In this document: one piece after another, positions 41,235 to 52,315 of the stretch
Position numbering within the stretch: the first letter of the stretch is position 1
How the letters are laid out: each line of letters begins with the position of its first letter
Assembly: GCA_001661245.1 (NCBI GenBank)
Contig: KV454011.1
Span: forward strand, 1,838,041-1,902,040
Source of the DNA: Pachysolen tannophilus NRRL Y-2460
Taxonomy: Eukaryota
DNA: 64,000 nt
Direction: 5' to 3'
The notes under the pieces: generated by a model
What the model saw: only the letters and a program-made list of their open reading frames with translations
What the model was told of the DNA's origin: nothing
Databases searched by the model: none
Program-made: the position numbers and the translations under genes

Positions 41235-42140
41235 TAGGAGATAGTTATCCAATTAACCTTATCTCTCCTCCCCCTTTACTTATTGTACCCCCAAAAGAGG
41301 AAACAAGAGAAACAATGGGTAGAAACAACAGTAGTGCACACAAATATCAATGTTTATTTATTTTTTGTTTTATTTTAGCGTGTAAAAAATCAATTTTCCT
41401 CTGAATCAGCGTTTAAAATTAGCTTAAAAACAACTACGTATTTATAATATATTTATATAATAATATAATTTTAATATATCATAATATCAATTAACTCTAT
41501 TGATTTGTCTGAGAGGCAATTTTCAATTTTCAATTTGATTATTGAAAGTTTGATTCATCAAGACATTTAAAAGGTTTTTCTTTTTTTCTTTTTTTTTTTA
41601 TTAAAAAAAGATTAAAAAACTCTCTTTTTTTTTATTTTGTTTTTCTTTTGTGTTTTTTTGTTTTTTTTTTGGTTTTTTTGTTTTGTTTGTTTTGTTTTCT
41701 GTTGTCTCCTTTTAGTAGATTTTTGGGCGATTAATTTAATTCAACATAATAGTTGTTGCATATTACTATCCTTATTTGAAAAAGGTATCAATTACATTTC
41801 AACTGCCAAGCAATTGGTTAGATTACTTTAATCAGATTCAAAGACTTTAGCGCTCTGGTTGATTTTTTTTTTTAAGAATTGATTTTTATACCAGAGTAAT
41901 ACAAGAGTTGAAAAAAACAAAAAAAAAGAAAATCAGGGTTATCTATCATCTATCAATAATTCATTTTAATAGAAGAAGAACAATATATATATAAAAAAAA
42001 AGTTAGAGACTTTTGCTTTGTTATTTTTTTTTTTCTTTTTCATTTTTTGCTTTTTTCTTTTTTTGTTCTTTTTTTTTTTTGTTAAATTGGTTGAGCTCAC
42101 GTTGATTTAATTTGATAATATTTATTTTGACAATTCTTTG

Positions 42141-45100
42141 ATGAAGAGAATTTGGCGTAAAGAGAGACGCAGGAGTGGTGGTGCTGATGCGGCATTGCCT
42201 GGACTCCAAGATCGAGATAACAGTACTAATGATTTGAATGCTGCTGGTAATGGAAATTCCAATAATGGGAGTCATGGTTTTAATCATAAATCTTCTTATG
42301 GTACTATTTCTTCATTAACTAGAAATAAGGATGATAATCGTTTTATTGGGAAAATCCCAGAAGATAACGTGGAAGATGAGGAATCAACAGATGTCGAGAA
42401 TGATGAAAAAATTGTCATAGACGATATAGTGGATACTAGCATTAATACCGATGATATACAAGGTAATATTTCAAGGTCAACTATAAATTTTAATGATTCT
42501 TCTTTAACAAGAGCAGATTCGAAGAAAATGCCTCCAACCCCTCTGCCGTCGGCATCATCCGTCATTGTCCATAGCCAATTATCAACATCATCTTCATCGT
42601 TTAATAACCAATTTCAAGGAGTTGGAGGAGTGGGAGGAGGAGGAGGAGGAAATAAAATTCAACAAACTTCTCAAAGACGAACATTATCCACAAAACCTAG
42701 CAAGTCGAATTTAAGATCTAAATCAAGTACTGCTAATATGCAGTCGTTGGTTAAACCAGATTGGGATTCAAAAATCATTAAAGTTGGTTGGTTAAATAGA
42801 TCCATAAATGACAAAGGTGATTTCGATGAAGATCATTTGAAATTATATAGAGCAGAGTTGAAAGGTGCTTATTTATATCTATACAAGCCACCAAGTGAAC
42901 TATACAATGTCAAGCGTTTTGCTATCCTGGAAGAAACACCACAACAATTGCAGTTGCAATTACAACTGCAACTGCAACTGCAACTGTCTCAGCAACTGTC
43001 ACTGCCTTCCCCACTGCCACTGCTTCAACCACTGCAACCGGAACAAGAAAGTGGAATTACAAATAGCGGTAGTTCTTCGTTTTTAAAAGTAACCCCTGCT
43101 TCATCAAACACGGTTTTGCTGTCTCAGGATTCAACTTCTTTGGGAGTTCCAAGCATTGTTGGATCGTATGATAATGAATCAACCTGCACAATTTTTGAAG
43201 AAAATAATCATATTCATAATATTAACAATGACGATTCAAAATCAATAAAAAGTAAAAAATCATTTCCATCATTACCAAATTTTGTCAATTCTACAAATAA
43301 TAATTCTCAAGATAGTTTATCAATAGGCAGTAGCACTTCACCTTCAAAAAATTCAATTACTAATAAATCATCTACAATGTCTTTGGTGAATACCTCAAAT
43401 GGTAACAAAGCACCAGTACAAATCGAATATTTTCAAGCAAAATATCCTCATCCAAAGTTGGTCCTTGAACCTGGTACTCAAACTATTTTGAGTGGAAATT
43501 TGGAAAGTGTTTGTCATGCTATATTATTTAACACTTATGTTTCTAAAGATGGTAGTGGTGATAATAATAAGATTTCAAAACATTTGTTATCATTATTACC
43601 ATTGCTAGATGATATAAATTCTGCATTATATATTTTTAAAAGATACTTGGATGTTTTCACTAAAGAACCATTGACAGATTCAAGTGTTAGGAATTCCATG
43701 CTAACCAACAAAGAAAATTTAGAAAATCATGATGTATCAGTTATGATTCCATATCAGACTGAAAGAATAATGACTAAGAGATCATTTTTGGTTGTTGAGT
43801 ATATTAAAGATAATTTTTGTGGAATGTTATTAGATAATGTTATCTTTAAAAGCATATGGGATTTATTACTTTCCATTGATTCCCATGAAAATAGTGACGA
43901 ATTGAAGAAAGCAGTTCATTTAAAGCAACAACAGTTATATTCATTATTAAATCAAGATGATTTAGAAGATATCAACACTGTTATCATAGATGAGTTAAAT
44001 GTTGATAAATTTATTAACATGGATTTGAAAAACTTAGCCAGAGAAATTAATTTGATTAATTTGAAATTTAATAAAGTGTGGAATCCTCAAATTGATTCAT
44101 CCTTACTATTTGAACCTATTCAAGAAAGTTATTCATATGTTCGTAAAAATCCATTGATTTTCAATTCGCAATCAAATATCCATTATCTTGGTAGACTTTT
44201 CGTGAATCAATTATTTGGGGACTCAACAGTAACAAAAGATGCAGCTAAAAGAGCAGATATTATAACTAGGTGGGTAGAATTAGGTTCATATTTTGACAAA
44301 ATTGGAGATATGGTTAGTTGGTTGTCAGTGGCTACATTGATCTGCTCAATTCCTATTTTGAGATTACAAAAAACATGGGATCTTGTTAATCCAGAATTAA
44401 TTAAAACAATTTCGAACGATTGGGCGCCTGTCGTTTTCGAATTGGATCGTAGATCGATGATTAGTGATGCTAGTCATAGAAGTTCGTACCATGTCATTGC
44501 TCCTCAAGGTATTGGTCAATTATATGATAAAGAAAACGTTATACCATATTTTGGTGATCTTTATGTCAAAAGACAACCAGATTTATCTATAAGGCAAGTT
44601 GAAAAGAAAACACAAAGAGTAAACATATCTTTAGAAAGGTGGAGAGATTATGTCAGTAATGTCAAGAACGCAAAAGATTTCAAACTGATTGCTCTGGAAG
44701 AAAACTTTGAATCTTCACCAAAGTTATCGAGATTATTATATAACTTGTTAAATTTTCACCTATCGCGGCCTCCACTTACGTTGGATACTGTAATGAGTTA
44801 TTCATTGACTGCGGAACCGGAAACCAATGGTAAGTATAATCAATATCATGATACCGCAAGATCACCTTTGTTTTTAGGATCTTATCCCTCGGTCATATTT
44901 CCCGAAACTCTACCCAAATATCATGTATATGATCAAAAAGCATTAATTGGTGCTATTGGTAGTGATGGAGTCAGCAATTCGTCTGTATATAATAGCACCT
45001 TCTCAAATGTGATTAATTCTAAACAAAGCGACAATGGAACTGATGACAATGACACAAAAGTTGGGTTCCCAACTTTCCAACAAACAGAGAGAAAACTTGG

Positions 45101-48100
45101 CAGGAACCAGTTTTTAAAGAATTTACGCGATTTCTTTAACATTGATTCTTTTGAATTACATGTTCATGACTCAATTATTTTCAAGACCATGATAGGCGAA
45201 GAAAATAATGAGATGATTACCACAGAGTATGATGGCGAATCAGGAGACAATACTCTTGAAGGTTCTCCGGATGTCTCTACTGCTACAACCTCTTCGTTAA
45301 CAACTACGTCTGTCGTATTATCAACTGCTCCTCCAGATCATATCACTAACTCGCTTGATACTAAGCCTCATTCAAGACCATCAAGTGTATTGTTCAATGA
45401 ATCCGCCAATACTAAGAGGTATAGTAATTACTCTTCTAATTTAGATTACCTGGAAAGGCTGCTGATTCCAGACCAAAAGGCTCCTTTTATTAGTGAAATC
45501 TTTACCAAAGCAGCAACTTTAGAAAGATTAATTGATCTCTTGGTTTTAACATCAAATATATTTGGATCTGAAATAAATAAAGAGGATGTTAACAAATATT
45601 TTGCAAAGGTTAACAAGCTTCCATCAAACAAGAAAAATAATAAACCTTCGACTAGTTTTAAAATGGACAATGGTGTTTTTACTGTTACCTTTTTTGCTAC
45701 TTATAGAGGTTTCTGCTCTACGACTACTTTATTAGAGGGTTTGTTGAGTAGGTTTATTGGTGCAAAATCTGCAGCGTTATCCATATCCAAGAGAAGAGAG
45801 TATTTGGCAAATACTTCTATTAAACACGAACCAATCACAGACGATTATCCCTCATGGTCGGATGTAATTACAGAAGATCACCCAGACTATGACAAAATTT
45901 CATGGAAGTATGTTTCTCAAATACAAATAGGCATATTAGAAGCCTTGATAATTTTGGTAAAAGATCATTACGACCACTTCACTGATGTATTGAAAAATAA
46001 GCAGTTATTCGTCGAAATTTTGAAAATTGTGGATAATGAGGTCATAATAGAATGGACAAAGGTTTTAAATTCCTTGGAACAGAAGAGTACAGACGATATG
46101 AAACTAATTGATACTTATAGAGAACTTCGCTCTTATTATGAACAAATATTAACTTTATACAAAAAACTAAGAAAAGTTTACATAAAAAAAAGCTATGGAC
46201 CATTGATATCGGATGTCAAAGTTCCAGTTTTCAAATCAATATTGTCAGAACTCAAAGATGAGTGGAATTTACCAGACTCAAAAAGTATTTCTCAGATTGA
46301 AGATTTTGTTGAAGAATTTGATGAAACCGTTGGTAATTTATTTAAGAAGAGCTCGGTTAATGATTGGTTAAATGTTTTTGAGATCATCGAAATACAGTCT
46401 TCAAAATCAATTACAGGTTTATTTAATTATCAAATGCAGCCTTTAAGTATTTCAAAAGAAAACCTTATAATTTCGAATGTATTTACTTGGTTGCAAGGTT
46501 TATATGATGTTGACGATTTAGGACTCTACAAAGAGTATGTTCTTAACAAGTTCCCAGTTTCTGTTAAATCTGTTTTTCAATTATATTATAAATTCAGAAA
46601 TTACTTGATATCACAGATAGTTGATCCTACAATTACTCAGATGACGCGTGTTGATCGTATGTCCACAATTTTGCAAATGTTGATTATTGCCAGATTAAAG
46701 ATGAAATCATTAGACTTATTTGAGCCTACACAGGAAACATCTGATATATCACCTCATGTTCCATCTTTGATCGAGTCTGTTTTAATCAACTCAATACTTT
46801 CTGTTGAAAGTAGGTCATTTTCTCAAAGTTGGATCATTGCCTCAAATTCTTTAAATAATTTGGGTGAAACTAGTAATCTGTTTGAAACATTAGAAAGTTT
46901 GCTTCCAAATTCTTCGGAAATCGAAGAAAAACTATCAAACTTGAAAAAACCTTTGACACCATGTATTGGATGGCTTTTGGAAAGATTACTTGAAATTGCT
47001 TGTTACATACCTAATATGTCGGTTGAGAATACAAAGTTAATAAACTTTGACAAAAGACGTTATGTTTATAATTGTATTGCCAACATTATTGATATGAAGG
47101 ATCAGCAATCGAATTCTGTTGATTCTGGCTTTGAGAATCATTTTTTCAATTTTTTGTTTGATTTGAAAGATGATTTGTTGTTTACAAGAGAACTGATTTT
47201 AGAAGCTGCTTCCAAAGAGAATAAGGAAACTTTGAAAGATGTTGAAAATCTCAAATATGAACGAGTTGTTTTGTTTAAGCAGTTGATAGATGAAGGGCTA
47301 AAAATTTTGAAACGCGAGCATGCTAAGAAAACATTTTTATCGAAACAAGAACAAGACAGGAAAAATGCAATCTTACAGGAAACGATGATAACTTCACCAA
47401 TTCACACCAGACTTTCACATATGAATACCAACGCTACCAGCACATCTTCTATGATTTCTTCATCTCATGCAAGAAATTTGAGAAGACAATCAATTAATGA
47501 TACTAGCGTGAATAACACTCCTTCCAAATCGCATGGAAACCGTTTGAAACTGTTGTTTAATAAACAAAGCAGACCATTTTCATTTAGCATTGGTGGATTT
47601 AACAACCAACCTGCACCAGAGAGAATAATCAATGCTACTGAATTACCTGATGCCAGGAATTATGTAGACCCCAAGCTTAAACCAAATTTAATTATCAATT
47701 TGAAGGAACTTAATATTTTTCCGGTTTACAGAATTGTTGCTGGTTTCAAAATTAATAGCCACAGCGATGTCGAATACGGATTTCAAGCTACATCAGATAT
47801 TGAAAAAGAAGATTGGATATTTAAACTGAACTATTCCAAAAATCATTGGTTCTATTCGAAGTCGTTAAATAATAAGAGTATTGCTTCTCAATATTTAATA
47901 TTTGGTGTACCTATTGAGTATGTTTGCAACAGGGAGAAGAGTTTAATTCCAAATATCATTGAGAAGTTGTTGGCAGAAATTGAAGTTCGTGGACTAGAGG
48001 AGATTGGAATATACAGGAAAAGTGCTTCCTTGAGTGTGTTGAATATTTTGAAAACAGAGGTTGATAAATATGGTGATTTTAATATGGAGAATCATTTGAT

Positions 48101-48476
48101 TTTTGATATAAACAATGCAACTGGTTGTATCAAAGCTTATTTACGAGAACTTCCTGACTCTTTAATTCCTGATGAATTGATTCCTCAATTTGGAAAAGCA
48201 AGAGACATGTCATTAGATATTGATCAACGGTGTGCGTTATATAGCGAGACAGTAAAGAAGATACCATTTTATAACTATCAATTGTTGAAGCGGTTGATCC
48301 GTCATTTGAAGATAGTTGATGATTATAAAGAATATAATAAGATGAATGCATCAAATTTGGCTACTATTTTAGGAGCTACTTTTATCGAAAACGCAAGGCC
48401 CGATTTAAGTAAGAAATATTTTGGTCTTATGAACTTTGTGTGTGAGGATATGATTCGAACACACATTAAGCACTAA
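42141..48476 (+). CDS. BEM2: Rho GTPase-activating protein Bem2 (RasGEF-like, PH and RhoGAP domains)
   Basis: GDMVSWL.VAT, N-terminal RasGEF-like region, INFDKRR, C-terminal FGVP...GLEEIGIYRKS...KAYLRELP...NKMNASNLA; lies between MYG1 and OXA1 as in S. cerevisiae. Confidence 0.92.
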   Translation: MKRIWRKERRRSGGADAALPGLQDRDNSTNDLNAAGNGNSNNGSHGFNHKSSYGTISSLTRNKDDNRFIGKIPEDNVEDEESTDVENDEKIVIDDIVDTSINTDDIQGNISRSTINFNDSSLTRADSKKMPPTPLPSASSVIVHSQLSTSSSSFNNQFQGVGGVGGGGGGNKIQQTSQRRTLSTKPSKSNLRSKSSTANMQSLVKPDWDSKIIKVGWLNRSINDKGDFDEDHLKLYRAELKGAYLYLYKPPSELYNVKRFAILEETPQQLQLQLQLQLQLQLSQQLSLPSPLPLLQPLQPEQESGITNSGSSSFLKVTPASSNTVLLSQDSTSLGVPSIVGSYDNESTCTIFEENNHIHNINNDDSKSIKSKKSFPSLPNFVNSTNNNSQDSLSIGSSTSPSKNSITNKSSTMSLVNTSNGNKAPVQIEYFQAKYPHPKLVLEPGTQTILSGNLESVCHAILFNTYVSKDGSGDNNKISKHLLSLLPLLDDINSALYIFKRYLDVFTKEPLTDSSVRNSMLTNKENLENHDVSVMIPYQTERIMTKRSFLVVEYIKDNFCGMLLDNVIFKSIWDLLLSIDSHENSDELKKAVHLKQQQLYSLLNQDDLEDINTVIIDELNVDKFINMDLKNLAREINLINLKFNKVWNPQIDSSLLFEPIQESYSYVRKNPLIFNSQSNIHYLGRLFVNQLFGDSTVTKDAAKRADIITRWVELGSYFDKIGDMVSWLSVATLICSIPILRLQKTWDLVNPELIKTISNDWAPVVFELDRRSMISDASHRSSYHVIAPQGIGQLYDKENVIPYFGDLYVKRQPDLSIRQVEKKTQRVNISLERWRDYVSNVKNAKDFKLIALEENFESSPKLSRLLYNLLNFHLSRPPLTLDTVMSYSLTAEPETNGKYNQYHDTARSPLFLGSYPSVIFPETLPKYHVYDQKALIGAIGSDGVSNSSVYNSTFSNVINSKQSDNGTDDNDTKVGFPTFQQTERKLGRNQFLKNLRDFFNIDSFELHVHDSIIFKTMIGEENNEMITTEYDGESGDNTLEGSPDVSTATTSSLTTTSVVLSTAPPDHITNSLDTKPHSRPSSVLFNESANTKRYSNYSSNLDYLERLLIPDQKAPFISEIFTKAATLERLIDLLVLTSNIFGSEINKEDVNKYFAKVNKLPSNKKNNKPSTSFKMDNGVFTVTFFATYRGFCSTTTLLEGLLSRFIGAKSAALSISKRREYLANTSIKHEPITDDYPSWSDVITEDHPDYDKISWKYVSQIQIGILEALIILVKDHYDHFTDVLKNKQLFVEILKIVDNEVIIEWTKVLNSLEQKSTDDMKLIDTYRELRSYYEQILTLYKKLRKVYIKKSYGPLISDVKVPVFKSILSELKDEWNLPDSKSISQIEDFVEEFDETVGNLFKKSSVNDWLNVFEIIEIQSSKSITGLFNYQMQPLSISKENLIISNVFTWLQGLYDVDDLGLYKEYVLNKFPVSVKSVFQLYYKFRNYLISQIVDPTITQMTRVDRMSTILQMLIIARLKMKSLDLFEPTQETSDISPHVPSLIESVLINSILSVESRSFSQSWIIASNSLNNLGETSNLFETLESLLPNSSEIEEKLSNLKKPLTPCIGWLLERLLEIACYIPNMSVENTKLINFDKRRYVYNCIANIIDMKDQQSNSVDSGFENHFFNFLFDLKDDLLFTRELILEAASKENKETLKDVENLKYERVVLFKQLIDEGLKILKREHAKKTFLSKQEQDRKNAILQETMITSPIHTRLSHMNTNATSTSSMISSSHARNLRRQSINDTSVNNTPSKSHGNRLKLLFNKQSRPFSFSIGGFNNQPAPERIINATELPDARNYVDPKLKPNLIINLKELNIFPVYRIVAGFKINSHSDVEYGFQATSDIEKEDWIFKLNYSKNHWFYSKSLNNKSIASQYLIFGVPIEYVCNREKSLIPNIIEKLLAEIEVRGLEEIGIYRKSASLSVLNILKTEVDKYGDFNMENHLIFDINNATGCIKAYLRELPDSLIPDELIPQFGKARDMSLDIDQRCALYSETVKKIPFYNYQLLKRLIRHLKIVDDYKEYNKMNASNLATILGATFIENARPDLSKKYFGLMNFVCEDMIRTHIKH

Positions 48477-48986
48477 GGAATAAATATCAAAAAGAAAAAA
48501 AAAGGAACATCACAAATGAATAGAAACTAAAAGATTAAGAATATAATATATATATTATTTTTTTTTTTTTTTTTTTTTTGGATTTTTCTTTTTTTGAAAG
48601 TCAAAATCATAGTTCATCAACAGCTTTACTATTGAACACCTTATCATAATTATTTTTTTTTTTTATTTTATTTTATTTTTTCATACTCTTTTTTACATTG
48701 CCATTTATTTATCATTTAAGAAGTTGATCTTGTGTTTTTGCTTAACATCGTACTTTTATTGTTTTCTATTTTTTTTTTTATCAATCTGGATAATTCAGCT
48801 AAGTTAGTAATATTTCTTTTTTTAAAGTTCTTTTATAATAATATAAAATTTGAGAGAATTAGATTATCAGTTTTAGTGAGTGTAATTGTAGACTTTATGT
48901 AAAAGAGATAATTGGTTTAAAGTAGTTAATTACTATACATCATGAACAGAGGAAAAATATTTGCTATATACAAAAAATTATCAAAA

Positions 48987-50150
48987 TTAATTATTTTCTT
49001 TTTGATTTCTGAATCTCTTCTTGATGATAACATCATTCTTTGGAACTCTAGATTTTTGAGATTCAAAAGCTTTTTCAAGTCTTTCTGTTTCCAATGCTTT
49101 TGCTTCTGCTTTTTTTTTAGTATCTTCTATAAAATTTTTAGCCAAATCCAAGATTCCTTCATTTGCCTTAGAAGGATCTATAACAACTTCCGGGATTGGT
49201 TCTATACCAACCATTTTACGGAATGCTTCTGAACGTAACAAAGCAGATTGTAAAACAGCACAAACAGCATTAGCAGCAAAATAAAGCACAACACCAGAAG
49301 ATAAATACATTGTCAGAGGAATAGAAACTATTGGAAGATAAGTCATTAATTTCTTAATACCAGGAGAAAATTGCAGAGTTCCAGTTTCTCCACCTAATTT
49401 CATAGAAGCAATAAAAACAGAAGCAGAAATGATTTGTAAACCAAGATAAGGATCTGGTGCAGATAAATCTGTAAACCAATAAGCACCTTGAGTGGTAAAA
49501 CCATCAACTGGTACTAATGCCATACTTCTTAAACCAGCAAAAAATCCAAGAGCTAAAGGTAATTGTAAAACTGGAATGGCAAGATATCTATTTTTAATAC
49601 CATATTTTTTCAAAATATGTTTTCTTTGAAGCAGCAATCTTTGCTTTTCAGCAAAATCATTTGAAGCCATAACTTTTTTCATTATAGGATCTAATTCAGG
49701 TTTAGCTTTACTGTTTTTAGCAACAATATCAGCAGATTTAACATATAATGGGAATAATATAACTCTCATTGCAACAGTTGTCAGAATAATCGTACCCCAC
49801 CAAGGCAACCCCGAGTATACATGAACATATTCCAAGCAATGCTGAATAAAATGTGAAGGCCATACCCAAGATTCAGCTAACCCAATTGATTGCAAATACC
49901 CAATTTGATTTGAAGTCAACGTTACAGCCTCTTCTGCAGCATTTGGTAAATTATCACTAAACGAAGTCAACTGCGCTTGAATCTCTGATGAAGCTGATGC
50001 ACCTGATGCACCTGATGAAACTGAAGAAGAGTTGAAACGTATAGAATGATTGAAACCAATAATAGACATCATTGGTACCGATGGTTTAACATGTAAAACT
50101 ACTGGACTTAAAACTCGTAAGTTACGAGCCAAAAAATTTGGCCGAATCAT
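48987..50150 (-). CDS. OXA1: Mitochondrial inner-membrane insertase Oxa1
   Basis: LEYVHVYSGLPWWGTI, WFTDLSAPDPYLGLQ, LGGETG; start ATG at 50150 or 50156. Confidence 0.95.
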   Translation of the reverse strand: MIRPNFLARNLRVLSPVVLHVKPSVPMMSIIGFNHSIRFNSSSVSSGASGASASSEIQAQLTSFSDNLPNAAEEAVTLTSNQIGYLQSIGLAESWVWPSHFIQHCLEYVHVYSGLPWWGTIILTTVAMRVILFPLYVKSADIVAKNSKAKPELDPIMKKVMASNDFAEKQRLLLQRKHILKKYGIKNRYLAIPVLQLPLALGFFAGLRSMALVPVDGFTTQGAYWFTDLSAPDPYLGLQIISASVFIASMKLGGETGTLQFSPGIKKLMTYLPIVSIPLTMYLSSGVVLYFAANAVCAVLQSALLRSEAFRKMVGIEPIPEVVIDPSKANEGILDLAKNFIEDTKKKAEAKALETERLEKAFESQKSRVPKNDVIIKKRFRNQKENN

Positions 50151-50412
50151 GTTCATAAATATGAATATCCCCAAACAACAATGATCTTTCACTCAAAAAA
50201 ACTAAACCTTGAACCGTCGTCGTCGTCGTCGTTCTTCTTTGTTCTTTGTTCTTTGTTCTTGTGTTGTCGTTGTCGTTGATTTTTTGGTGAGAATTCAAAA
50301 TTGAAAAATTTGTGGAAATTGAAATTGATCAAAATTAAACGCAAAAAAAAAATCAGCTCAAAATTCTTTAATTTTAATATAAAATAAAGGCAAATTGAAC
50401 TGGAGATGAGCA

Positions 50413-52137
50413 ATGAAGATGTTGGTGCGGATAGCTAGAATGAGGATAAGGACATTAGGATTGGTTGTTGTTCCACGTGTGGGATTTTATTCGACTGCTC
50501 CTGCGTTTGTGAATAAGAATCCACCTATACTTTTAAATGAGACAAGTTCTTTAAACGATATACGATCAAAGACAAATGATTTAATAGAATTATTGAATCA
50601 GACGAATATTAAAGGAGAGTATGTTGTGAAGTTGACGAGGCTAGATTATAATGATTTGGGTATAATAATATCTAAGTTGGGGGTGGGTACAGATAGGGAT
50701 GATTTGATACTGCGATTATCGTTTGCTTTGTTTAATACCACTTTTGATGATTGTGGTGAGGAATTACTTTATATTTTAGTAAAATTGATTGAGTTGAGTC
50801 CTAATAAGCAAGAATTGTTTTCAAAATTTGTGAATTTATTGTCTCGATTTCCATCAGTAAAAGTGGATCTGAAATTAAGAGTTACTATATATCGTCTTTG
50901 GTCTTCAAATCTAAATGATGAATTGATACAAAAATTGAGTGAATTTGTTGAACAAGACAATAACAACAAAAACAACAATAACAACAATTTGATGTTGTTG
51001 AATTTACTTATTTACTCTCACACTATCAATGGGGATTATAAAAAGGCATATAAGTTAACTACTAACCATCTATTACGAGGAAATTTTTTCGAAGAAAAGG
51101 GTACGTTAGATATTTTCATCTTGAATTTATTATCGTATCATTTGCTAAATCACAAAAAAATTTCACCAGTTTTCAAAATAGTTCAATACATGGAAAGAAA
51201 GAATTATCCTCCTTTAGCAAATCAAATATTGGGGCAATTGATGTCACTATCAACAAAATCTAATTATTTTGGAATTTCCAAATATTGCTTTTCTCAATTT
51301 AACTCAAGACATTATTTTGATAATGGATCTTTGAAAAAATTATTACAATTAAGTTTTACTAGAAATGATAAATCTTTAGGTAAAAAAGTGGAAAAATATT
51401 TAATGAATAGAAATGATAGTCATTATAAACGTGATTTTAACAATTTCAAGATTTCACTATTAGAATCTAAATGGGAAAACTTCAATCTTTCAAAGTTAGG
51501 TAATTTATTTGAAAATCCTTTTTATAAATATAAATATTTAAAAGTTAGAGACTTTCCAAATTTACAAAAAAAGATATCCAAGAGTTATAATTTCCAAAAT
51601 ATTAATGATAATGAACATGAAAGACAAAAATTGTTAAATGCTTTTAAAATTATACTAGTTGACAAAAATTCTTCAAAAATGGGAAGGTTAAGAATTATTA
51701 AAACTATTTCAAATAACACATTGCTTTTCAACATTTTCCTTTCGTGTATTGCAGAACTCGGAAATGTTAGAATATTGTTCAAATTCATAAGAATGATGAC
51801 TCAAGAAACTGAAAATAGTTTAAACTTAGATAAAGAATCTATTTTCTATATATTAAGATGTTATTCAAAATCAACTACCCCCTTGGATAAAGAATCACTT
51901 AAATTCATTGAAAATTATTCCATTAATAACAGCAAATCTTTAGAATATAAGGATTATCAATTGATATTCAAAATCTTATTTAATAACGATACCTACTATT
52001 TTTATTTGTTCCCAATATTGGAAAGTTACATTGCAAAAAATTATAGAATTGATTCAAAATTATACAGAAAACTCCAACAAGTCTGTTTGAAGAAAAATAG
52101 CAACATTTATTTGAAATTCAAACCGGATTGGATATAG
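50413..52137 (+). CDS. Uncharacterised basic helical protein, probably mitochondrial (PPR-like?)
   Basis: 574 aa ORF; Arg-rich, acid-free N-terminus ending GFYST; L/K/N/F-rich, with repeat-like segments such as LLNLLIYSH..NGDYKKA and LFNIFLSCIAELGN. Confidence 0.7.
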   Translation: MKMLVRIARMRIRTLGLVVVPRVGFYSTAPAFVNKNPPILLNETSSLNDIRSKTNDLIELLNQTNIKGEYVVKLTRLDYNDLGIIISKLGVGTDRDDLILRLSFALFNTTFDDCGEELLYILVKLIELSPNKQELFSKFVNLLSRFPSVKVDLKLRVTIYRLWSSNLNDELIQKLSEFVEQDNNNKNNNNNNLMLLNLLIYSHTINGDYKKAYKLTTNHLLRGNFFEEKGTLDIFILNLLSYHLLNHKKISPVFKIVQYMERKNYPPLANQILGQLMSLSTKSNYFGISKYCFSQFNSRHYFDNGSLKKLLQLSFTRNDKSLGKKVEKYLMNRNDSHYKRDFNNFKISLLESKWENFNLSKLGNLFENPFYKYKYLKVRDFPNLQKKISKSYNFQNINDNEHERQKLLNAFKIILVDKNSSKMGRLRIIKTISNNTLLFNIFLSCIAELGNVRILFKFIRMMTQETENSLNLDKESIFYILRCYSKSTTPLDKESLKFIENYSINNSKSLEYKDYQLIFKILFNNDTYYFYLFPILESYIAKNYRIDSKLYRKLQQVCLKKNSNIYLKFKPDWI

Positions 52138-52315
52138 TTATAGAGTTATAATTGTTGTAAATAGTTGTATTATAGTTTTTGTATATAAAATAATATAATA
52201 TAGATTATAGAAAAACAAAAAAAAAAAGTGAAAAATTTTTCAGAAATCATTAAAACATATTTTGCAACGATAATAAACTCTATACTTTGTAGTAAAGAAA
52301 AGAATTGGAAGAAGG

